Assembly (NCBI RefSeq): GCF_964204645.1
Contig: NC_134036.1
Span: 6,354,600-6,418,599, forward strand
DNA: 64,000 bases
Direction of reading: 5' to 3'
Source: Tubulanus polymorphus
Taxonomy: Eukaryota; Animalia; Nemertea
Program-made: the position numbers and the translations under genes
The notes under the pieces: generated by a model
Told to the model about the DNA's origin: nothing
The model's database searches: none
Seen by the model: only the letters and a program-made list of their open reading frames with translations
Shown here: positions 11,881 through 26,180 of the stretch, piece by piece
How the letters are laid out: every line of letters begins with the position of its first letter
Numbering within the stretch: the first letter of the stretch is position 1

Positions 11881-12459
11881 TATTGAGCGAGTCATCTAGT
11901 CACCCAATCGTCCGGACAATCAGTCGTTTACGAATATACTGTTTAATCGGATTCTACGCCTGGGTCGAAGAAAACCACTCACGGAAGTGATTTTAATGGA
12001 TGGTGCAGCAAAGCGCGTGAAATTCACAAATTCTCACAAATCCAGCGACGTTTTTTTTACTTGAGCAGACCATACACACCTTTCGGAACTAGTTCATCAA
12101 TGTAAATATCACTCTCATCCCTTACTAATCGACGATCGGTTTTTTAAACGTTCTCGAAAGTGATGAAAAGGATGTGTCGCAGTGGCGAGGAAAACATCAC
12201 CGTCAATTCCAGTTACGCGTTTTACTCGTGGCAGCTACAAAAAGACGCATCTAAAAATGAACTACCCGTGTACCTGAATCATTTGAGAAAAGATTGCTTT
12301 TCATTTTCCAAAAAAAACTCGTTGATCACCCACCGCTTATCTTTAACCATTTTCTTACCTACATTAGAGATTCGGAGATTTTACCTAGGGGAACTTTATC
12401 TGGGAGTCTCACCCAGGGGATTTTTACCTACAACCCACAGTTCGATAAAACGTGGTGGT

Positions 12460-14200
12460 TTCTTATGATCACAGTTGTAAGAACGGTCGGTCATTCGTCA
12501 GAATTATGTGTTCCACATAAAGTCACCGTCGATTAGCGAAACTATTGAAATATAGCGTATGAAAAATCAATATTCAGAAATTTCTAAAAAGCGACAGCTC
12601 AATAAATATAAAGTTTCCTGGTGTGCATCGATTCGACTTAACAAAAGCCGATATAGTTTCGCTCAATGGAAAGCTGTTCAGTCGTTGGTATAGTTATGAA
12701 ATATTTCACATAGCGAGTTTTGTTCGAACAGTTCTTGCTCTCCATAAAGACGAGATATTTTCTTTTTAAATGTGAATAGGTTGGACGAAGTCCTTAAGGT
12801 ACGCCCGGAGATGTACAATTATTCAATCATTTCGCAATCGAACGTCCATTATCAAAGTGTCAAAGAATGCAGAACTAAAGTTTCATGAGGACATTTTGTT
12901 CATGAATTGCTATGCAGCATGATAGTCCAGTCATGATAGAGTTGAGGTTAGACAAAATTGCTCAAACTCCAATTTTATGATAAAATGATAGAACGTACTT
13001 ACCTCAGTTCATATACGATATCTATATTGTTTGCATTTTTTGCAACAATATAAAAAATGCATTTCCAAACCAACAGCCGCCTTGTTTTCACCATATTTTG
13101 GGTATATCGATTTGGGTAGATAGTATGAAGATATGTGGGGCCAAGTCACGACAAAAATACAAACTTAGGTTCAAAACTTATGTTTTCTAATATGCGCTGT
13201 CCATATATGGCATTTAGAAATTGATTCAAGGTCAAGGTCATATCTAATTTCAAATTCAAATTCAAACCAAGCACAGAAATGTCAATATGTCTTACGCTAA
13301 TTCTTATTTTAAACGCCTTCTTTACGTACGGAAATACGATATACCAATTACAAATGATCAGGTTAAATATTCATCATCAGCTGAAAACATTGTTTCTTAG
13401 ATTATGTCGCTAAGCACCCTGTAATGCGAGGTTTCCAAGTAACCAAAAAACCCAGTTTTTCATCATCTGAATGCGAAGCTGCGTGTCAGGCGTTTACATT
13501 CATGTTATGTGAAAGCAGTCACCCTTTTTTACAACTGCATTCAACGACGATGCAGACGATATGTCTGTAGCCATAGCAACACAACAATGGGCAGGTTGGT
13601 GAGTTTCCATGACAACGAGTAAAGCAGGTTCCACGACGGGCTATCCAAGACAAGTCCACGAAATGTATGGAGGTAGAGCGAGTGGTTCACTTTATGATCG
13701 CAGATGTAAGAACTACGGAAGAACGGTTGGTCACTCGTCAGAATGATGTATTCCACGTACAGGCACCGTAGATCAGCGAATATGTTACAATATACCGTAT
13801 GAAAAATCAATATGCAGAAATTCTAAAAAGCGACAGCTCAATAAATATAACGACTGTTCGTGAGTGACCAAACAAACTAGAAAAACACTTTGCGCGAGTG
13901 AATAGTGATGCGCGCGTGGGTCGATTTTGGAATGCCGGGTGCTCATCGATTCGGCTCGATAAAACGCCGATATAGATTTCACTCAGTAGCAAGCTCTGCA
14001 ATCATTGGTATAATTTATCAACTATTTCGCACAGCGCGTTTCATTCTTTCGCTGACAGTTCCTGCTTTATAGGCGAGGAAATTTTCATTTCGAAAGTTGA
14101 ACAGGTTAGAAGAAGGTAAGCCCGGAGATGAAATATTATTCAAATATTTCCTAGTCGAACGTTCGTTGTCGATGTATGCGGAATCAAAGTATCGTGAGAA
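12460..14200 (+). promoter_or_regulatory. Two tandem plus-strand copies (~12460-12900 and ~13715-14200) of the knottin-family promoter/first-exon block
   Basis: The two copies resemble each other and the reverse complement of 7493-7850. Donors TAAG|GTACGC (~12799) and GAAG|GTAAGC (14116). No signal-peptide exon was found downstream. Confidence 0.6.
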
Positions 14201-14460
14201 AATTTGGTTATGGATTTTGTGCGGCTAAAGTAAAATACGTTCCGTGAAGGGCTTTCAAAGACGAGACCACGAAATGTATATAGTTAGAGAGGGAAGAGCG
14301 AGCGGTGTGGGCGAGTGGTTTCGTTCCGACGAAGAGATCATTTCCTTAAAATATATATTTACTTTTCGCCGGAGCTCCGTTAAACTGCTTTTTGGAATCA
14401 CGATCCACACTCGGTAGGGTTTCGGTTATATTCTGGACTCAATTCCAAAATTTTGGTCAA

Positions 14461-14540
14461 GGGGTGTGGGAACAGCTTGAGCGAATAGTGGGTTCGAATC
14501 CCTTGACCGGTGAAGATGACGGTTATGTGGCTTTTTTACT
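14461..14540 (+). mobile_element. Possible tRNA-derived SINE head fragment
   Basis: B box GGTTCGAATCCC at ~14491; no cloverleaf can be folded. Confidence 0.35.
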
Positions 14541-15547
14541 CTTGATCCTGTCCCATAGTTTTAATTTGACATGGGCGAATACGTTTAGTTAATTAGATTA
14601 TATTAGGGCCTGAATTTTCAGTAAACTATATCGGACAAAATAGTATATATATTATATACATATTCCAACCGTTCTCACTCTTGATTGCTAACATTAGCAC
14701 CTGTCATGTTAAGAGAATTGAATTTAAATGTGAATAATGTATTAAACATATAAAGTGTAAAATGGATGAGCGAATTTTCTACATAAATGTTCCTATATTG
14801 AATACAGTAGCCGAACCTGAGGCCAGTCCCTAAGTGAATAACATACGTAGTTATAGCATATTCATGAGGATTATTCATTGACACTGATTATAACGTCTAG
14901 TTAAGTAACATATTCTGAGTATTTCTACATTTAACCAAATGAAGATATTAGATCAAACAATCTCAAACTGGCCAGGCTTCAAAATATCCAGCGTATGCCA
15001 TTAAACTGACTTCAAATTAATCTAATGTTACAAACAAATAATCACTGAATTTACCATTAAATCGACCGGTAGTTTCATTCTCACCGTTTCGAACTGATTA
15101 GACTAATTGCGACCAAAATCTCGCTTCAAAGTACGACATTCAAATCAACAATGCAGAAAACCCGTTATCGCTGCATTTCAAAATATCTTTTACCATTTTT
15201 TTCTGAAGAAGCATTATTTTGAATCTGCTACATTATGTAACATGCGATTGGTTTACTGAGACCTCATTGAAAACTGTTGAATAATCAGAATTTTGGATTT
15301 TCGAAATTGTCAAATTACATGGTTGTAGGTGAAAATCGCTTAGGTAAAAATCCTCAAATATTCAAAGTAGGTAAAAATCCCCACTTGTTGCTCTTAAAGC
15401 AAGCTGTTTCTTAAACATTTTTTTCATTTGCAATGACACTGAAATATGTTTCAACTTCGAAATTAGAATTGATAAGAATAATATATTTGAGCCGTGCAAT
15501 GCCATGAATTATTAGAAATAATAAACTTTTGATTTGAAATATTTTAG

Positions 15548-15613
15548 ATTCAACCTAGCGATTTCACTGAGTGTTGCAGCCGGTCCTGCACTATCGTGAA
15601 TGAATGTTACTAA
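15548..15613 (+). pseudogene. K4: decayed knottin exon lacking the first two cysteines
   Basis: TTTTAG|..IQPSDFTECCSRSCTIVNECY*, followed by the family 3'UTR (TAATCGTTGGTGACAATTG..CGATTATGAAACTGAACCGCAGTC..AATAAA). The frame does not fit the phase-1 acceptor. Confidence 0.72.
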
Positions 15614-16695
15614 TCGTTGGTGACAATTGGGTTTCCTATTGGATATACTTTTGGCGATTTTTGAAATATCCGATTATGAAACTGAACCGCAGTCAGGTAA
15701 CTGACTGACTCGAATTGAATTCATATTTGTAACTCAGTCGCCAAATATCGTGTTATAATTAGATTAAATAAAGCTGCGAGTAAATAAATCAACTATCGGG
15801 CTGTTAGCTGTTTATCGTTCGTCGGTGACGATTTCTAAAGTTACAAATAGGATGCACCGTTCCATCACCGGCGAGGAACGTCAATCGTCCATTCGAGTTC
15901 CGCGTTTTCTCCTCTCTTGACTGGGCCCGCAAGATGTCGCAATAAGTACTTTACCCGGAAATGTGTATCTACAGACACGCTGTGTAGATACAGACACGTT
16001 GTCCCAAGAAACAAAGAGTGGTTATATGTAGACATTTAGATATCAAAGATAGGGCTGATATGAAACATAAGAAAAATACGTACGAGCATTACGAGTAATT
16101 TTTTGACACCTTATAAAACGTTACCATTATGAAATCTAAACAATTTAACCATTCAGCGTCATTTTCCAAACGACAACTGTAAATCAATGTGCAAAACGTC
16201 ACAGGTCTATGTGTACACATACCAGCTATTTGCCAAAATATTATTGACAAAGATGTAGAATTTCATTCTGTGATTATATAATGACCTCTTTTTGAACGTC
16301 GAAATGTTATATAGCATTGAATATCATTAGAAGACGTATTGTAATAGTAAAGGGTGTATGATTATATCAGAAGCAGCAGGCATATATCGAAATGATAAGT
16401 CAATCGGATTATTGAGTCAAAACGGCGGATGTATACACGATTTGGAAGGCCCTGACATGGGGATGCTGGTGGAATGACGAAGCTATCTACGATCTGTGTA
16501 GGGCCGGCGTGAATTTCATCGGCCTCTACAACCGGTCAATATAAAAATGTGTAAACATATAAGTTCACTATTAAAATGTTTTAGAAAATATGTTGGATAT
16601 TAGGGGTATGCAGGTTTTATGAGATTAGTAATTTATAATAGCATAGCTGTCATATACGGATCCACGTCGTCTGATGGCATGTGTATTAGGTGTGC

Positions 16696-17000
16696 GTATT
16701 CAATTCAATTCTTTATTGATCCTTCAATTTATCCTACATATAAAATTCGCAAATTCAATAAAGTTACAAATTTACAAAATTACAAAGTAAGAAAATACAA
16801 CATACAAAACACATGCGTAGTTCATACAGAATAACATAAACAACTTATTTTAAAGACACATTAAAGAAGAAGAAGAAGAAGACACATTTAAAGAAACATT
16901 AGCTTATCCAAAAAATTCTACATTTTTTCGCGTCAAATGATTTATTAAAATTAATTTTCTTGTTAGCTTTGTTATACTAAAGTCCATTCATCAATAGTTC
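16696..17000 (-). mobile_element. LINE 3'-end remnant
   Basis: Minus strand ends AATAAAGAATTGAATTGAAT, the same tail type as the element at 58705-59630, preceded by a T-rich UTR-like tract. Confidence 0.45.
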
Positions 17001-17064
17001 ATTTCCAAACTGCTTGTCCACTTTCCCCGTAAATATATTGTTCAATGTGATTCTAACGAATTCA

Positions 17065-17487
17065 TGCTCACCGGACTTGCAGGTACGAAGTAACCGGACT
17101 AGATGTGAACAAACAGGCAAATAGTGAATTACCTGGATTAAATGTGAACTAACCGGTGACGGTTAGATAGATTGCCAAACTATAAGTGAATTGATACTAT
17201 AAGTGAATTGATACTGGCAAAAGCAGTCAGCGGTGGACTCTGTGATGGTGTAGAACTCTGGAAGTGGATTTGTGGGACCCGGTGGATTATTAACTGCTAG
17301 ACAAGTGAGGAGACATGTGTGAGAAGAATTTCTTTTCAGTTTTAGAAATAATTATGCCTTATGAGAATGCACTTTATCTATTTAAACGAAGTGTTTGCTT
17401 AATTTCAAATTGTTAATTGTTTATTGAGTTATCTGCAGCCGCCTGTTATTTTGTTGCTGGAATTAATTCGGGGTTTTAGTAAGAGCA
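17065..17487. mobile_element. Possible solo LTR or small TIR element
   Basis: Bounded by TGCTC...GAGCA, flanked by TCA on both sides, with an internal 17-bp tandem duplication ACTATAAGTGAATTGAT. Confidence 0.35.
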
Positions 17488-18348
17488 TCAATCTCTATGT
17501 AAAGTAGAAGATTTTGCATCATTCGGTACAAGATCATATCTGATCCAAATTTCATCGAAATTTGTGACAAAAATTAGTGGGCCAAAACACAAAATCCAGA
17601 ATATCTAATCTTTATATCAAATTCAAAAACTAAATTCGTGATCGGTAATGTCTCTTGGAACCGCTGGACCGTGAACATGTCTCTCTTTTTATCTCCCTAT
17701 CGTCTCAGCTACTGCCGCTTCTGCTACTCATTCGGCTTAGTCGAAAATACTTCAAATATTTTGCAGTAAAAATACGTACGTTGCAAATTCAGAAATTGTT
17801 TTCATTTGCCGGATATGCCGGCACCGATCAAGGCGAAGTTTATTGTAGTATTTATTAATCGGTTGTGAACGTATTGATTTCACGACTAAAATTTCCGAGA
17901 TGATACGCGATATTGATATTCTGACGTAATTCAACAGTTCGATTAACGTGCGAAGTTTCGTTCTCGAATGCATGTATTTAATTCCCGAATAGATTCGTCC
18001 GAATGATCGACATGAACGAGAAGCATCCATCGTGCTTATCGCCGTGTTCATTGCCGGTTCTATGTGTACATCTTTAAAACAGCCATTCACTTCAAAACTC
18101 CATTTTCATATCGGTAAATCGTGACGGCTTTTCGCTTGAAGTGCTGTATTTCACAATACTATCAATTTATCTCTCTCTGTTGGCCATTCGCTACTATTAC
18201 TGCACATTCATTGCCTAAATTGGCAATATTTTTTCATAACGACTGTGTATCACGAGGAGACAATCGAAACTGAGGAAAATGTTGCGAAATGCAATAGAAC
18301 GTATAACGTCAAGTCGCAGGCACTCACCAATAGGCTTGGGATACAGTT

Positions 18349-18545
18349 CTATGAAAAAGCTCGAATTGAATCTAGATTTTAACTGCGTAGTGAGATCTAG
18401 TCTTATAATCAAATTCAATAAAATGAAAGTATAAATCAATATGAGAGTCATATAAGTTGTCAATAAAACGCCGTTTCATCATCAGTCATCGATATTGTGG
18501 ATCCACGTTTTTACTTAAACTCGAAAAGCACGACGTTATAGTCCT
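18349..18545 (+). pseudogene. Orphan 3'UTR remnant of a K3-type knottin gene
   Basis: Matches ~31380-31580 and ~49945-50140, the K3 3'UTR with AATAAA. No coding exon precedes it. Confidence 0.6.
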
Positions 18546-20182
18546 GTATACCCAGTATGAAATTAATCGCATTGACCCGGGACAAACTTCTATAGACCTC
18601 GATATTCAAGTGACGTTGAAGACGGTGGCGATGACGGTGATTCTTATGAAGGCGATCGTGGAGACGATGTTGATGATAGTGGTGATGCTATTGAGCAGAC
18701 GATTGTGGAGATGGAGAAGATGGCTGATATGGTAATGTCATCATCGACCAGCCGTCCTGTCATTCAATCACATAGTCACCCAGAATACCACGTCTCCAAT
18801 GTACAGTCTTCGAACCACATCAAAATGTAGAACCTCTTCACTATTAACGTATGAGGTACATTCCTACACCCTTGCACGATTACTCCGTATTCTACACTTG
18901 GGCCTGTTGGTGCCAATGCACTTTATACTGGCGCCCCTTGAGGGAGGACTCGCTGGTACCTAATGTAGAGTGCGCAGGGAGAGGACGACATGCTATTTTT
19001 TCTTTCTGATTTTAAGTCTATTGGAGATCGTTTCGTGTTTGAACTTCGATTCTGAACTATACGTTAACTTGTTATTAGGGTAAAATTAAAAAGTGGGGAA
19101 CAACTGTCGTATGGACTGTCGTATGGCTGTTGTTATGTGACTCAGGTGCAGCTATTGTTATAGTAAATTTGACCATTTTAGAGCAATTAAACGAATGAAC
19201 AGATGAAATTCGTCCTGGGTATATGCATGATTTCTTGTTTTCATTGTTATAGGGCCAATGTCTTTATTGCCGGAAATCCATTCATGTCACACTCGGTGAG
19301 ATCTGCTATATGCATTTGGCTTTTTGAGTTGTAATCTCAACATGTCACAGCCTACAAAAAGGTGCAATATACAAATAAGATGGATGAATTCAACAAAAAT
19401 ATCACTAAAAAGAAAATTAGAAATGTTCTTATAACTAGAAATGCATTATAACTATTCGCTGTGTGTTCATACTATATGTAGTAGGTACGGGGATCGGGAC
19501 CCGGCTGGGGTATGTTTGGCGCGTGTTTAACGGGGAAGGGTTTCGTACCAGGACACATATTTACAGTAACCTCATCTCCGTTAGGTCGTGTGTAAGTTCA
19601 TGAGGATATATCACCGACCGATGCCTAACAAAATAGAATCAATGATATGCATTCATAGTCCATCAAAGTGTATCATATACATTTATCTCGCATCGTATTT
19701 TATGTTACAACGATAATGATGATGAATGCATCATTTTCCTAAATAAAAAAGTGAGCATACATGCGAGTGTTCATGTTTCGATACTGCGACATCAGAACAA
19801 CAATTACCATGAATTCTTCATTACTACTAATGAAGAATTAGTTACATTGCCGGATAGACACGTAACAGTTAGAAAATATAGCTCGGTTGGCATCATTTTT
19901 CTGCGCAAAGTGGGTTCCTGATGTTAGACAACCCGTCTATGGGAGTGATCATTGACATTTATCAATTACCCTGGCTTTTTACTTAAACTATATTGAGTGG
20001 GGAGGGTATTTTGACAAATTTAACCCAAAAATTGATTCATTTATCGAAAACCGATAGGCGGGGCTCTTGTTTATATCATAAAATCAATTATTCCCATCAG
20101 AAAATGCTTTAAGGAATTTCAGACGAACGTTTAGACGAACGATATATACCGATTTACCCTGCGTTGGGTTAACTAGGGCAAT

Positions 20183-23100
20183 TTATCCGTCTTTACGATT
20201 TTGTCCGCGTTTAGTTTTTACGCGAATGGATTTCATATCAATAGTCAGTATTGTGTAAAGAAGGGGATTGAGGGACGAGTTGATCGGTAAGAAAAGAACC
20301 GCCAGCCAAGCCGCCACCTGATTCGGTATTTCTACCCGTAATACCGCGCAAAACTGAACGGCAATTAACGGCAGCCAGCAAAATAGATTACAGAGAATTA
20401 TCACTAAACTCCTACGTGCTAAAACTAGTTCTGTAGGGTCAATTCTACCCGAACCAGACCTACTTTCAGATACGAGTCTGTACATTTGCGCGTAAGTCAC
20501 CATTATCGTTGCGAGTACGCCAGAGTTAAACACGGCGAAAATAGCGAAAGAATATTGCCAGGCTTTGACTTCAATTGAAATCAAATTTATAGGTAAACAA
20601 ACTCCGGTTGAGCCGTAGTAATTGTTTCCAAAGTATGAAATAGGTGTAACAGGTAGCAATGCAACGACACACAAAACAATCCAACATATACAACAAATAA
20701 CACACGCATATCTCCGAGAAGAAATTTTGTTTTTAGAGAATGGATTTAAGATATTTGAGAACCTATGACGCGTCAAAATGAGCAAAAATATCAATGAACC
20801 TTCACAAGAAAAAGTGACCATGACTCCAGCAAAACGACATAACAAACTGTCCGTCCATGATTCCGAATAGAGAAAGTAAATATCTATGTAGATATAATCA
20901 GCTCCAGCGATCAAGAACAAATATATAGACATCATATAATCGCACACAGCAACATTTATGATGGTGATGCCTGAAAATGCATTTGAGGAGGAAATTCGAA
21001 TCGCTCGAATGCGAAGAGAAATGATAATTCCATAAGCGATAAAACTGAACGCAGCGATCACCCAAATGATAGCTCTGAGGACTGTATTACCCATCAGATC
21101 AGAACAGGAGGAAAACTGATCAGGTTCGGGAAGGCACTGGTCAACATTCGGAGCCATACAGCAAAATTTGAAAGCATCCGAACTTAGTGAGACTAATGAC
21201 GTCAGATTATCGAAAACGCCCGTTTTTGTGGAGATGAATTTGTAGTTGTTGGTTATATCAAGAATTTCAAGGGATGTTAATCCAGAAAATGCGTATCGTG
21301 AAATATGACTGATTCTATTACTGCTGATATTCAACGACTGTAATGTAGATAAACCCACAAACGCGCGTTCAGAAAGCACCAATATAAAAAGTCCATGGAT
21401 ATCCAGACTTTGGAGTGATCTCAAACTAGAAAAACAGTTTTCCTGCAAATACTGAATTGGATTTTCAGTAATGAATAACTCCTTCAAACTATACAAACCG
21501 GTGAATGTATTTGCAGTTAATGATGTTACATTGTTGTATGTAACATCTAATGTATGTAGATTGTGAAGGTATGAGAACGACTTGGGTAAAATATAAGACA
21601 ATTCATTGAAGGAGACGTTGAGCATTCGAAGATAAACATATGGAGATAATGTCAACACATCCAAGATGATTCGGTTGTTCGACAATATCAAAACTCAGGT
21701 TGATGCCGAGAAAAGTCCGGTAATATTTGTTAAACCATTATTTCCACAATCAATCAAATGACCCTGACATATACACACTCTTGGACACGCGACGTTACAG
21801 AAAGCCTCGTCATCAGTTGTACGTTTACAATGTACAACATCCTCACAAACTTCAGATTGTGGAATACATCTATTTTCCTGACTACACTTAAACATTCCCG
21901 GACATGAAAATGTCTCGCAGTTTTGTTCATCTTCGGAATTAGGACAATCTGATTGACCGTCGCACACCTGTCTGATCGGTATACAGTACGATGAGGGACA
22001 TTTAACAGTACCAGCTGGACATTCAAATTCTTCACATCTCAACACGTGCTCGAGATTTCTACACACCGAGTAACCATTTGTCATTTTCTCTAGAATACAT
22101 ATGTGACGTCTTGAATAACACTGAGGAGAATTGAAAGAACATCTTTGTTCATCATATTCCGTACAGAGATTTGTGAAGTTAGTCGTACAGTGGTTGTCAT
22201 TATTGCACTGAACCAAAGTATTCACTGCAACATTAATAGTTGTTACCAGTTCATCTTCTTCCAGGCTTCCACTACAATCCACAACACCATCCTGATACAA
22301 CTGAAAACTGATACAGTCTCCATTGTTACACAGGAACCCCTGGCACATTTGAGCGATGCATCCTATTTCATCGGAGCCGTCTTCACAATCAGTGACCCCG
22401 TTACATCTGTCAGAACTACTGACACATTGACCACTTCCGCAGCGAAAATGTTGAGACAAACACGGGGCATGAAAACACGAGTTCTCTTCAGAGCCATCCA
22501 CACAATCCTGTATGAAATCACAGAAACCACTTACTGATATAATCTGTCCATCATTGCATTGAAACTGACTGTGTAAATTTATATCCGTACAATTAAGTTC
22601 ATCTTCACCGTTTTTACAGTCGTGTCTGGTATCACATACGCGATGGTCGCTGATACATCTTTGATCGTTACATTTAAACTGCCACGATTTACAACCGCTT
22701 ATAGAAGCTAACTCTTCATCAGTTACATTGTATGAACACAAAACAGAATGCGCTGTATCTGTCGCATTATCAAACTGTTTCATCGTCCATTTAACTGATT
22801 GAATATAACTTATTTCATCTCTAGTGATTATTGGGTTTATAACTTGCAGTCTGTCATTAGAAGTTATCATTATTGAGCTGTATTGATAGTTAAAGTGAAA
22901 TGTTCATCGTGTCGTTTTCGGTGTAACCGGTTATCACAGTGCCTATTTCACCTCGTATGCCACGACACATCTCTGTTGCAGTTTCCATATCTAAACCTCG
23001 ATGTCTTTTCCAATCCGTCAGTATTTGATAGCATTGTCTATCCATGCTTACCCATCCAGCCGTGCAGAAAGGTTTGTCCCGTATCAAGAATGTGTCGTTG

Positions 23101-26096
23101 TTTGTTGAATTTATCATTCTCAGTGTTTTATTTTTGGAATCATTTCTTTCCGTTTCGCAAATGAAACTCGTGTGAGTCTCTTCGATTCCGCAGGGGAATC
23201 GAACCCAGTTCGCTGATCCTCGTGGATTATTCAATATCATCGCTGTACACGGCATATTGACGTCATTTATCGGTTGTTTTCTAATAGGAGATATCAATCC
23301 TTGAATAACTTCTGGTATCGGGTCGTTATTTGTAGGTTTATACCACTCTGTGTAGCTCAATGGTTTCCCGTCAGACCACGTGTAATAACTAGATCTAGCC
23401 TGGAAATTTAAGTGGCAAATACATTATTATATGTACATCATATATATCATTACATGTAATCTGTTGCCATTAGTAGCTTTCAACGAACTCATCTTAAAAT
23501 CTACCTGCAGTTTTAATCCAATCATCATTACGAGCGCTTTCTGTGAATAGGCATTTAGAAGAAGTTCGGTAGCGAATAATGTTTTAAAGTTAATCATTTC
23601 TTGTTGTGAGTTGATACTCAGTAGATGTCCCGCGTACTTCTGTCTACAGTACAATTCAGCATTCTCCCAATTCATACGTTCATCTCTGATGTATTTAACG
23701 CATGATATTCCCGAATCTAGGAATCCTGATTTACAGACATTTTCAAACTGTTTTATCGGTAACGACTGTTCTAATGTGTATTGTATTTGAAATATCGGGA
23801 TCTGACCTTTTACCTCAATTTGCAAATCCGCATAAGTAAGACTATAAAATACAAGACCCGGTATCGCGTTATTGTCACATATTTTACTTTCGTGGTGCTG
23901 CGATAGGCCACGACCTGCGGTGATTCTACGTTTGACCACTATAGGGTCAAAGCTACGTCCTTGTCTCTTCGCACACGATATCTTTGCGATAGATTTTATT
24001 ATGCATCTAAAGTATAACATTTTATATCTCCTTCGAATACGTATTTCATATGATAATAGTTCATTGGTTCTACCCGCCAATCCTGGGTACATTGGTGACT
24101 GAATAATTCCACACGTTACCGCGACGTTACTTTGTCTTTCCCTTATTTTCAACAACCGTTGACATTTACTCCGTAGTTCAACTAGCAATGGAAAGGTAAT
24201 GAATGCTCGATCATAAGATACACGAACAGTGTTTAACACGAGACCGTTATTAAGGAACTGGCTATTCAACCGCGTGTGACAGTGTCTGTATGGATAGTGA
24301 TCCTTAAAACATCGGTCAACTTGATATTCATGCTCCGATAATATGTTAATGTACCTTAGTGGAAGGCGTCGGTTTTCGGGTGTAATCACGAGACAGTGTG
24401 ACGTCATATTGATCTGACGTTCTCCTTCCTTTAAAACGTACCCGTCACAGTCGGTAGGACGAAATCTGAGGTGTGAATGATAATCGACTTTTAACTTATC
24501 GTCCCAGTTATAAGCGTATCCTACTACAGTAACCGATCCACCCGATGTAATCAGACTGACGACTGATCGACTAAAGTCATTGCCGGGACAATACGGACCG
24601 TATCGTCTAGCCGTGAAATTACCACCGTCGTATATGTAAAATCCAGCTCGCTCGCAGTTCTCTGATAAAACTGTTAGTTCCAATTTCTCTTCATAAATAT
24701 CGAATTTCCATCTAGACTCGTATCTAGAGACGCGATATCCAATTGAGTTCTTCCCTGCAGTTGGGAACAGTGAACCTGACCATTTATCGTTTGCAAATAC
24801 CTGACATGAATAAATTAATATTAGTGATCTGAAACTTTTATTTGTTGATTATCATATTTACATGCAAATTAACCTCACATAACACATGTTACTCACCGGA
24901 TAATTCTTATCGTATACATCTTTAATCGAGAAGGATTCGATTTTGTAATTTATTTCTACTGTCACATCGTCGCGAAGTGTTTCTTTCAAAACGCACAGTA
25001 CGACGAGAAATCCGTCAGATTTGGCACTCAATGATTCCAGGTAGTTGTAACCGAGTAAAACATCAGTTCCTACAACGCGTAACCCTTCTAGTTTATATAC
25101 ACCAATGACGTCACCGGATGTGATGAGATCGTGTGTCCAGTTAAAGACGACGTACTGTAACACCTGCACTGTGATAGACCAGCAGTGTAAGTGTTTTGAT
25201 CGAGTTATTACGTGTAAACTGTTGTCATCGGGAATGAACACTCCCGACTCGTTATAAGAGATCTGAATCAACGGATTTGTGACGTTCCAATCTGATATCT
25301 TATAAATTTGAACCAAAAGCTGTGACTTGATTAGAATTTTGTTTACAAAAGTAGCTTTGTTCGTTTTAGTATAAAATGACGATGGTGGATGTCCGGATTG
25401 TTGGCGTATAAGACCTATCGGTTCACTGCTGGTGTTCCATCCGTCGTGAATTTGAAAAGGGGTCTTGACGTAATACCGTGATTTGAGATTGATGAGGGTT
25501 AGATTCATTCCTAAACCGTCTGGCATTCCTATCCATTCAAGAAACATTGTACAGAAACGAATGAATAAATTGAATTTGTATCCCATTGGTGTTTTTAATT
25601 CATTCACGTTGAGAACAGAGTTTCCACAGTTGCCGCTGATTCTCAACCGGCGATAACGATATATGATATAAACCCGACTACCTCGTGCACCATCGAAACG
25701 GCTCCTAAACAACAACGAGATCGAATCTTTGCGGCGGATTTCATGTTTTCCGTTACTGCAGAATCTGATATCAGCCTCATAGACGAGAAGGTAGTTATCA
25801 TTACAGAATATTGACAGCTCGATGTCGTAGTAAAATTGGACGAGAAAAGTCCCCGGTAATGAGCTGTTGATGAACCAACGACATTCGACACCGCGAGTTA
25901 ACGAAGGGTAATTCGGCGAAACGATGTAACCGGACGGAGAATCTAGCGGGTACCACGTACTGTTACAAGACGAACTTACCGTCACAGACGATTCCTCGAT
26001 AGAGTCGGCTCGATCAGCGCGCGCGATGCGAACTTGACAGACGATCAGCGACGAAATAAACAGCGCTCTCAGTCGCTGCTCCATACCGAACAACAT
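20183..26096 (-). pseudogene. GPCR copy A: GRL101-like CUB/CTL/LDLa/LRR 7TM receptor; exons 26096-24897, 24800-23505, 23399-20183
   Basis: Phase-0 GT-AG introns 24896-24801 and 23504-23400 join the ORFs in frame. Domains: CUB (GYIVSPNYP..CRW), CTL (WENAELYC..WSDG), LDLa, LRR, FCC hinge, 7TM with NPLLY. Lesions: 11-bp deletion at ~22902 relative to copy C, CGA>TGA at 21697-21695, and TM1 N>Y. Confidence 0.9.
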
Positions 26097-26099
26097 CAC

Positions 26100-26180
26100 T
26101 GCGACAGAATGAACGAAATTCGTCAAGTGACACCGAATCTGTCATTGGTCGGATCACGATCCGATTTCATCCAATCAGAA
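26100..26180 (-). promoter_or_regulatory. Putative GPCR core promoter: Inr-like TCATTC plus two opposed CCAAT boxes
   Basis: ATTGG at 26144-26148 and CCAAT at 26171-26175. The same arrangement lies upstream of copies B and C. Confidence 0.5.

Noticed and set aside
10809-11990. His-rich, Ser/Pro-rich and Met-rich ORFs (also 47512-47975 and 18457-18735)
   Set aside because: By-products of a triplet-periodic minisatellite, open in several frames on both strands and not length-conserved between duplicates.
16440-16540. GC-rich hairpin TGTAGGGCCG..CGGCCTCTACA with faint resemblance to a 28S rRNA segment
   Set aside because: Single occurrence, and the similarity is too patchy to assign.
21695-21697. 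Selenocysteine reading of the in-frame TGA codons in copies A and C
   Set aside because: Both replace Arg rather than Cys, they occur at different positions, copy A is already frameshifted upstream, and no SECIS was recognised.
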